In this document: piece by piece, positions 28,372-34,183 of the stretch
Layout of the letters: each line of letters begins with the position of its first letter
Numbering within the stretch: the first letter of the stretch is position 1
From: Promethearchaeota archaeon
GTDB taxonomy: Archaea > Asgardarchaeota > Lokiarchaeia > Sigyniarchaeales > SOKP01
Length of the DNA stretch: 34,183 nt
Direction: 5' to 3'
Assembly (NCBI GenBank): GCA_048938895.1
Contig: JBHLLU010000043.1
Coordinates: forward strand, 1-34,183
Position numbers and translations under genes: made by a program
The notes under the pieces: model-generated
Database searches by the model: none
Told to the model about the DNA's origin: nothing
Seen by the model: the letters and a program-made list of their open reading frames with translations, nothing else

Positions 28372-31300
28372 CTAGTCCTTAGGTATAAGATTTGGATATA
28401 TTGGCTCAAAATCTTTAGTAAAAAGTTTATGATTCATCCAGATTTTATCTTTTTTGTTCCATTTAAGGTTGAGTAGCGGATTATAACTCCTCAAGAATTC
28501 TAAATCACCATATATGTTTTTAAGCAATGTTTCTCCTTTAACTAAATCTGTTAGAATAAGATAATGCTTTATTTCCAAATATTCAAAGAGAAGATCGAAT
28601 ACATCAAAAAACTCGTCCAATTCGCATTTAGGGAACCAAATTTCGATCATAAAGCCACTTTCGAATGCCCTAGACTTTTCAAAACCATGAAAGTAATATT
28701 CTCCTTCAATTTCATAAATACGGCATATATTAAAAAAACAAAAAATCATAAAAATCTGGTTCTTTTTATCAGTCTCTACATTTGGTAAAATTAAGGTAAC
28801 CTTATCCTGTAAATCTAGATTTTTCATACTAACATACGGGAAAATTAATCCTTTCTTTATAAATGATTCAATAATTTTGATAATGGAATGGTTATTTGTC
28901 CCTAAATAAGATTTAATATCAATAGATCTCCAATTATAAATTTTAGTTAAATCTTTAAATTCAGAAGTCCCTAGACCAAATTCTTCTATAGTAGAAAATT
29001 GCTCTATATTAAATTCTCTTATATCTTGGTCAGGAGTAATATAGTTAGGATTAAATAAGATATTTTGAACATAATTTTTGAATCTGTTTGAAGAGTATTG
29101 CCATCCTGATAAGCTTAAACTATGATTAAAGTGAGTTATTTCGAAAAATTTCTTAATAAAAAAGAAACAATACTCTCTTATTGCTTTTTTCGATTTTAGT
29201 AACCAGTTTAAATATGATTTATTTGGCTTTCTATATGGAAAGAGATATTTAATTAGTATTGGTTGCTCTTGATCAATTTGAGCAGGATACTTAATAGTTT
29301 GAAAACTATTAAGTATAAGTAATTTTAAATCAATATCATCCCAATTATGAGGAAGAAAATACATAAAATATTGAGCGTATCCGAATTTTCTCAATGCTGG
29401 TATAAAATTTATTGAGTTAATATAGGTTGCAAAAAACTTACTTAGTTTTGCATCATTAAATCTGCTTCCATTAATTAGATAAGAATCTAATTGACTTCGG
29501 AATTCAATAAATTGATTTAAAAGCTTTTGGTCAAAAATATTAATTTGACGAGAAACTCTTTTTCTTACATTATTTACTAATTGATTCATACTGCTTTCTA
29601 CTGACCAGAATAGTTTAAAATTCCTATATTTTTTCACATTTTTATGAAATCCCAATTCTTTATCACCTAATAAGTTCTGAGTATAGTTGAAAAATTGTTC
29701 AAATAATTCTTTTGTATGAAAAAACTGTCTCTTTTCAAAATCATAAAAATCTTTAGCTGATATATTAGAAATTCTTATTAAACCCCTCCAGTAGTTCCTT
29801 CGAATAGCAATTAAATTTTCACCAAATAAATTATGAATACTTGTAATAAAATCTCTCTTTTCTTGAATATTTACAGAATAAGGTATAACGTGTATTATAT
29901 TTTCACTTGTATCTTGGTTAATTGCTTCTTGTATGAATAACCTTGGAAAATAGGATTTTAAATTATTAGCTTTCGTTCGAACTTCATTATTTTCCAAAAG
30001 AAAGATTTCAGGATAGAATTTGGCAAATTGACTTGTCATGATTGTATTTAAAAGCATAGGAACTATTACTGGGGGATTATTAAAAAGGAACTTATGAATT
30101 ATAGATTCTATTTTTTCATTTGTGATCTGGTATGATTTAAACGATTTGAATGCTCTTTTATTCATTTCTTCCTTTCTTCTTAGAATCTTCATTAATATTT
30201 TTCGATCTTCAATTATTATTTTTATTGCCTTTAAGCTAAGGATTTTTAGGTTAAAACATGAATTAATTATATCATGATAAAATTTAATTTTCTCAATTTC
30301 TTTTCTATATAACTCACCAGATTTGAAGGATAATGGTAAAATGTCATTAAAAAGGACTTTATGAGCGTATTTATCTCTTAAGATAAGATTTTCTTCTAAT
30401 AAATTAATAGTACCACTTTTTTTTATGTGTAATTCTAATTGATTAATATTATTGAAGTTTAAATTCTCCCCTAAAATCTTTTCAATTGAGACTGAAAGGT
30501 TTAATATAGAACTAATTTTCTCAAGTAGAACGAAAATGCCAAATTTCTGATTTTGCTCAAGGAACTCTAGGAATTCTTTTTTGGTCTGTTTTGATTCAAA
30601 TAATTTAGTGAAATTTTTTTTAAAGCTATTTATATAACCTTGTTGTTTTCGATATTCATTTTCAACTTCTTCTTTAATAGCATTTAAGGTCTCTCTTCTT
30701 TTGTCAAAGGTTAGGCCTGTAACTGAAAAGTTACGTATTCGGAAGAGAATTACGTACTCTAGGATTGAAAGAGGATATATTAAAGGATTAATGGGAAATT
30801 CTGTTAGATGTTCAATTTCATAGTTTTTCCGATAACCTTTGATTGAGGGGTTAACAAATGTTTTGGAATAAATCTCATCTGTAAAATAGTTAAAGTTAAG
30901 AGAATTCTTTACCGTTTTATATAGAAGAAAATTCTTAGAAATTAAATATCCTTTTAGATATAATTTATTTAAATAACTTAGAATATCCTTCAAATATATT
31001 GAGGGTGCATGCAAATTAATAACTATTTTACAGGCAAAACTGTTTTCGATTATTCGAGGATGAGTCATGAAAGGGAAATTTCCCAATAATTTTTTTATTT
31101 TAAATTTTGGTATAATAGGGTTGAAAGTTAACTCACATATAACTGGGGATATCCCGATTGTCGTGTAAACTATATTATAACTAGGTGCTATTGATGTACA
31201 ATTATTAATCCATTGCAAATTTTCATAAAATTTCCTTGAACTCAAGTAAGGTTCAATGGTCTTAGTTTCTTTTAAATGCTTATATAAACCAAGGTAATCA

Positions 31301-32004
31301 GTACTACTTAGATAATTTTTATTTTCATAAAAAATTTTAAGTAGAAATATAATTGTTTTAATTATTTCTTTATTATAAAGAGATTTTGAAGTTTTGGTTG
31401 TATATTTCTCGAAAATTTCATTGTAGTAACTTGAAACGCTACTAACACCCATAACTGTAGCATTTTCATGTATATCCATAAAAAAGAATTGAATTGGTGA
31501 TTCATGAATTTCATGGGATTCCATTTTAAAAAATTTTTTCAATTGATCCAATTGTGATATTAAGAAATCTCGATCAACTATAACGTCTCTAATCAGATTA
31601 TGCCATTTTTTGAATCCAGAAGCTTTCTCGAGTTCATTTTCAACAATTTGATTAATAAATATTTTTATAGTTTTATTGTTTTTTATTTCAGTGGGGATAA
31701 AACAATATAATGCTTCACGAAGAAATATAAAGGGCAGATAAAACTTTTCCATTTCATAGATATTTATAATAAGAACATCTTTGTTATATAATCGATTAAC
31801 TCCCCAATCAAGAATTGAATTTTTAATTTTGTTCTCATCCATTTTATTTGATAGCAGGTTGAAAACAATTTTTTTGTTAATTGGTTTTAATCTTAAATAA
31901 TCACTAATATCAGATATTAAAAATTCTAAGATATTTTGAATTTGATTAGTAAATTCTCCTTTTGACAGCTTAATTATCATGTTAGAATCTATTATGTTAG
32001 GCAT
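28372..32004 (-). CDS. Very large (1210 aa) hypothetical protein with repeated Lrp/AsnC-like modules
   Basis: Long ORF; recurring linker/ferredoxin-like patterns (IAPSYNIVYTTIG, INFIPALRKFG, KKGLIFPYVSMKNLDL); N-terminal LPFIFLREA helix. The domain call is tentative. Confidence 0.8.
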   Translation of the reverse strand: MPNIIDSNMIIKLSKGEFTNQIQNILEFLISDISDYLRLKPINKKIVFNLLSNKMDENKIKNSILDWGVNRLYNKDVLIINIYEMEKFYLPFIFLREALYCFIPTEIKNNKTIKIFINQIVENELEKASGFKKWHNLIRDVIVDRDFLISQLDQLKKFFKMESHEIHESPIQFFFMDIHENATVMGVSSVSSYYNEIFEKYTTKTSKSLYNKEIIKTIIFLLKIFYENKNYLSSTDYLGLYKHLKETKTIEPYLSSRKFYENLQWINNCTSIAPSYNIVYTTIGISPVICELTFNPIIPKFKIKKLLGNFPFMTHPRIIENSFACKIVINLHAPSIYLKDILSYLNKLYLKGYLISKNFLLYKTVKNSLNFNYFTDEIYSKTFVNPSIKGYRKNYEIEHLTEFPINPLIYPLSILEYVILFRIRNFSVTGLTFDKRRETLNAIKEEVENEYRKQQGYINSFKKNFTKLFESKQTKKEFLEFLEQNQKFGIFVLLEKISSILNLSVSIEKILGENLNFNNINQLELHIKKSGTINLLEENLILRDKYAHKVLFNDILPLSFKSGELYRKEIEKIKFYHDIINSCFNLKILSLKAIKIIIEDRKILMKILRRKEEMNKRAFKSFKSYQITNEKIESIIHKFLFNNPPVIVPMLLNTIMTSQFAKFYPEIFLLENNEVRTKANNLKSYFPRLFIQEAINQDTSENIIHVIPYSVNIQEKRDFITSIHNLFGENLIAIRRNYWRGLIRISNISAKDFYDFEKRQFFHTKELFEQFFNYTQNLLGDKELGFHKNVKKYRNFKLFWSVESSMNQLVNNVRKRVSRQINIFDQKLLNQFIEFRSQLDSYLINGSRFNDAKLSKFFATYINSINFIPALRKFGYAQYFMYFLPHNWDDIDLKLLILNSFQTIKYPAQIDQEQPILIKYLFPYRKPNKSYLNWLLKSKKAIREYCFFFIKKFFEITHFNHSLSLSGWQYSSNRFKNYVQNILFNPNYITPDQDIREFNIEQFSTIEEFGLGTSEFKDLTKIYNWRSIDIKSYLGTNNHSIIKIIESFIKKGLIFPYVSMKNLDLQDKVTLILPNVETDKKNQIFMIFCFFNICRIYEIEGEYYFHGFEKSRAFESGFMIEIWFPKCELDEFFDVFDLLFEYLEIKHYLILTDLVKGETLLKNIYGDLEFLRSYNPLLNLKWNKKDKIWMNHKLFTKDFEPIYPNLIPKD

Positions 32005-32161
32005 GAGTGATAAAATGCATTATTTTTGACTAAAATTAGAAGATCATATATCTTTTGAATAATCAAGCCATATATTTATATTTTTACTTCAGAATTATAT
32101 CTTAATGAAGGTTATTGCCGCCTTTTTAAAAAGAAATTAGAGAGGAATTCATAAAGAATTC

Positions 32162-32200
32162 TCATAAATCTTCAGGCATGACTTCTCCACCGTGTGGCAT
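32162..32200 (-). CDS. Micro-ORF copy A, MPHGGEVMPEDL
   Basis: ATG CCA CAC GGT GGA GAA GTC ATG CCT GAA GAT TTA TGA; TTTATATA 20-27 nt upstream suggests a leaderless transcript. Confidence 0.65.
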   Translation of the reverse strand: MPHGGEVMPEDL

Positions 32201-32367
32201 GTAAATTTATTTAATTTGATATATAAAAAATACACAAAAATTCTATATCCCAGATTCAAGCTTATATTTTTTTAATTCAAGACAAGAAATTTTTTCTTGG
32301 AGTTTATATATAAATTAAAAGAATATATTTAACATCCCATTAAAAAAGGGGATGGGGGTTAAAAGTA

Positions 32368-32397
32368 ATGCCACGAGCAGGTGAAACTCTTCTTTAA
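32368..32397 (+). CDS. Micro-ORF copy B, MPRAGETLL
   Basis: ATG CCA CGA GCA GGT GAA ACT CTT CTT TAA; G-rich SD-like GGGGGT upstream. Confidence 0.6.
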   Translation: MPRAGETLL

Positions 32398-32538
32398 ATG
32401 GTTAGTAGAATCCATCATGGATTCCTACTCTATACTTCTTAGACTTATTTGAATCGTGAAATATTGACATTCGTGGAATTTATAATTTTGTAGAATAGGA
32501 TCAATTCCTAATAAAATATTGGTTGGCGGTTAAATATT

Positions 32539-32568
32539 ATGCCACATGGAGGAGAAGTCTGCCCTTAA
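32539..32568 (+). CDS. Micro-ORF copy C, MPHGGEVCP
   Basis: ATG CCA CAT GGA GGA GAA GTC TGC CCT TAA; GGCGGT SD-like upstream. Confidence 0.65.
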   Translation: MPHGGEVCP

Positions 32569-32632
32569 ATGATTATTAGAATCCAATACGGATTCATACT
32601 CTATAGTTTCCTTAAAAAATTTTTTTATGGAT

Positions 32633-33862
32633 TTAATATTTGATATAAATCAATGGAATTATTGAAAGATTCAACAAAAATGCACCCAAAATGATTAAGA
32701 TTTCAGTCATGAAAAAACTAGACAACATGGTGCCTAAAGGAATAAAAAAGAACAAACTCAAATTCTTAAATGTAGCGATAACATGAAAATACAGTGATTT
32801 ATTTCCTTTTTTAAAATTCATCACGAGGATTGATATATTAAAATTTATTATAATCGCAAAAGATGACCCAATGAAATATAGGAAAACAAAAATCGTAAAT
32901 GGTACAATTGTATACAATATATATGCAAGTCCCACTATTGGCATGAGAACAAAAATGAGTTTCTTTGATTTTATTCTTTTTATTAGAAATGCCGCTATAC
33001 CAGAGCTCATTATGCTTAAAAGGAAGTAAAAAATAAGAAAAAGATTAAAAATTTTAAAATTATTGATTCCAAATTTTCCTAATAACCATGGAAAGAAAGG
33101 GTAAGTAAATATTGCGTCACTAAATGCAAAAAATGTAAATATACATAATAAAATATAGACAGTTTTTAGGTTTTTATATAATATTTCGTTTTCAGATTCA
33201 ATCAAATTAGTACAAACTGGATGAGCTATTTGTGAATTTGACTTAGAACGACCATTTTCATTAATAAATGGTAAAAAAACCAGAAGAGGAAATAAAAACA
33301 TATAACTAAAAATGAAAAAAGTCATCCAAGAAGTAATAGAATACACGTCACTAATCAATGTAGAATATAATAGAAAAGGGAAGAATCTACCCAATGCATC
33401 GCCGCATAAAACAAAGAAAAAAGCTTTTTTCTTAACATCATCAGTAGGAGAGATATCTAGAATAAGAGATTTTGTAGAGACATCTAACATAGTGCCGGAT
33501 AAGAATACTAATAGTAATAGGACTCCAAATATAATCATATTCTGATAGGTTAACCCCATTAACATATATATCAGAGCCAATATATATCCTGAAAAGATAA
33601 TATAATATTTTCGTTGATACCCATTGAGTTTATATCTATCCGTTATCGAAGCAAAAACAGGACGTAGTAATATAACGGAATATGCTAAAAATTGAATGAA
33701 TGCAAGAATAATTCGGTTAATATTTAATACATCAAAAAATAGGATTGGAAAATAGCTATTTAGAAAGACAAAAACCGAAGAATACACTAAATAAATAAAT
33801 ACAAATGAAATGTGGTTTACATTAAAATAAGATTTAGTTCCTAACTTCTTTAGTTTTAACAT
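32633..33862 (-). CDS. MFS transporter (BT1/AmpG-like)
   Basis: About 12 TM helices; RPVFASITDRY...RKYY motif; DVST-x-SL-x-LD in TM4. Confidence 0.82.
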   Translation of the reverse strand: MLKLKKLGTKSYFNVNHISFVFIYLVYSSVFVFLNSYFPILFFDVLNINRIILAFIQFLAYSVILLRPVFASITDRYKLNGYQRKYYIIFSGYILALIYMLMGLTYQNMIIFGVLLLLVFLSGTMLDVSTKSLILDISPTDDVKKKAFFFVLCGDALGRFFPFLLYSTLISDVYSITSWMTFFIFSYMFLFPLLVFLPFINENGRSKSNSQIAHPVCTNLIESENEILYKNLKTVYILLCIFTFFAFSDAIFTYPFFPWLLGKFGINNFKIFNLFLIFYFLLSIMSSGIAAFLIKRIKSKKLIFVLMPIVGLAYILYTIVPFTIFVFLYFIGSSFAIIINFNISILVMNFKKGNKSLYFHVIATFKNLSLFFFIPLGTMLSSFFMTEILIILGAFLLNLSIIPLIYIKY

Positions 33863-33965
33863 GATTCAATTTTTGACAATACATATTTAAAGAAAACAAA
33901 AAGCAGGGGATAATTACTTGATTATTTGTAGACTTTAAATAGAGGTATTTTAACCTTAATGTGGA

Positions 33966-34183
33966 ATGGTAAGTATCCTCATATTCGATTTCAAATTAAT
34001 AGCTCAATCATCAGAAAATATAATAAAAGATGTAATCAACGGATTAGAGAACTGGTGTATAGCATTTAACGAATTTTTCTTACTTTTTAGCAAATATCTC
34101 AAATACATTTTTGTTTTTATAATTCTTTTCATAGGAATTTTTACATTATTGCGATTTAGAGGAATTTACCAACAATCGAGGAA
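33966..34183 (+). CDS. Membrane protein, 3'-truncated by the window edge
   Basis: ATG 33966 is open to the end: MVSILIFDFKLIAQSSENIIKDVINGLENWCIAFNEFFLLFSKYLKYIFVFIILFIGIFTLLRFRGIYQQSR. Confidence 0.6.
   Translation, partial: MVSILIFDFKLIAQSSENIIKDVINGLENWCIAFNEFFLLFSKYLKYIFVFIILFIGIFTLLRFRGIYQQSR

Larger units (their letters stand above)
32130..32612. repeat. Three diverged copies of a ~70-bp unit (micro-ORF + GAATYC-N5-GRATTC + CTCTA), one inverted and two direct
   Basis: Copies at about 32200-32130 (-), 32368-32440 (+) and 32539-32612 (+); B and C are 171 nt apart. Confidence 0.85.

Noticed and set aside
32175-32563. Inverted match of copies A and C as the ends of RNase P RNA or of a MITE
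   Set aside because: GAGGAGAAGTC only loosely resembles the RNase P GAGGAAAGUCC motif and no complementary 3' P4 motif is visible. A third internal copy, codon-patterned divergence and no evident target-site duplication fit gene paralogy better.
32539-32568. PHGG similarity to the N-terminus of ATP sulfurylase (pseudogene fragments)
   Set aside because: Only a four-residue match; each copy has its own early stop and no downstream sulfurylase sequence.
32130-32612. CRISPR array or Cas4 association (with the nuclease at 3171-3896)
   Set aside because: Units are diverged, mixed in orientation and 171 nt apart; the nuclease lacks the Cas4 cysteines; no cas genes in the window.
108-33545. Antisense or overlapping short ORFs in the track (e.g. 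108-383, 901-1170, 2196-2381, 7277-7642, 11118-11498, 14610-14954, 20733-21134, 28564-28788, 33312-33545)
   Set aside because: Shadows of well-supported genes on the opposite strand; no motifs.

Overview
AT-rich archaeal chromosomal window, most consistent with Lokiarchaeia (Asgard): L15e, Pop5/Rpp30, archaeosine TGT, Trm5, Fap7-type kinase, NFACT/Rqc2, a Roadblock/LC7 protein and large lineage-type hypothetical proteins. Most of it is housekeeping, with two tRNAs (Arg-TCT with a D-loop intron; Ile-GAT). The main signals are below the ORF track's size cut-off. (1) An 18-codon leader ORF, MKLATTPEWCWQWPWRWR (five Trp codons, GC-rich hairpins), lies directly upstream of a stand-alone trpB2, a candidate Trp-sensing attenuator in an Asgard archaeon. 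(2) Three related 9-12 aa micro-ORFs (MPHGGEV.../MPRAGET...), each followed at fixed spacing by a covarying palindrome, lie between a 1210-aa regulator-like gene and an MFS transporter. Gene identities come from motif recognition only; no searches were run.
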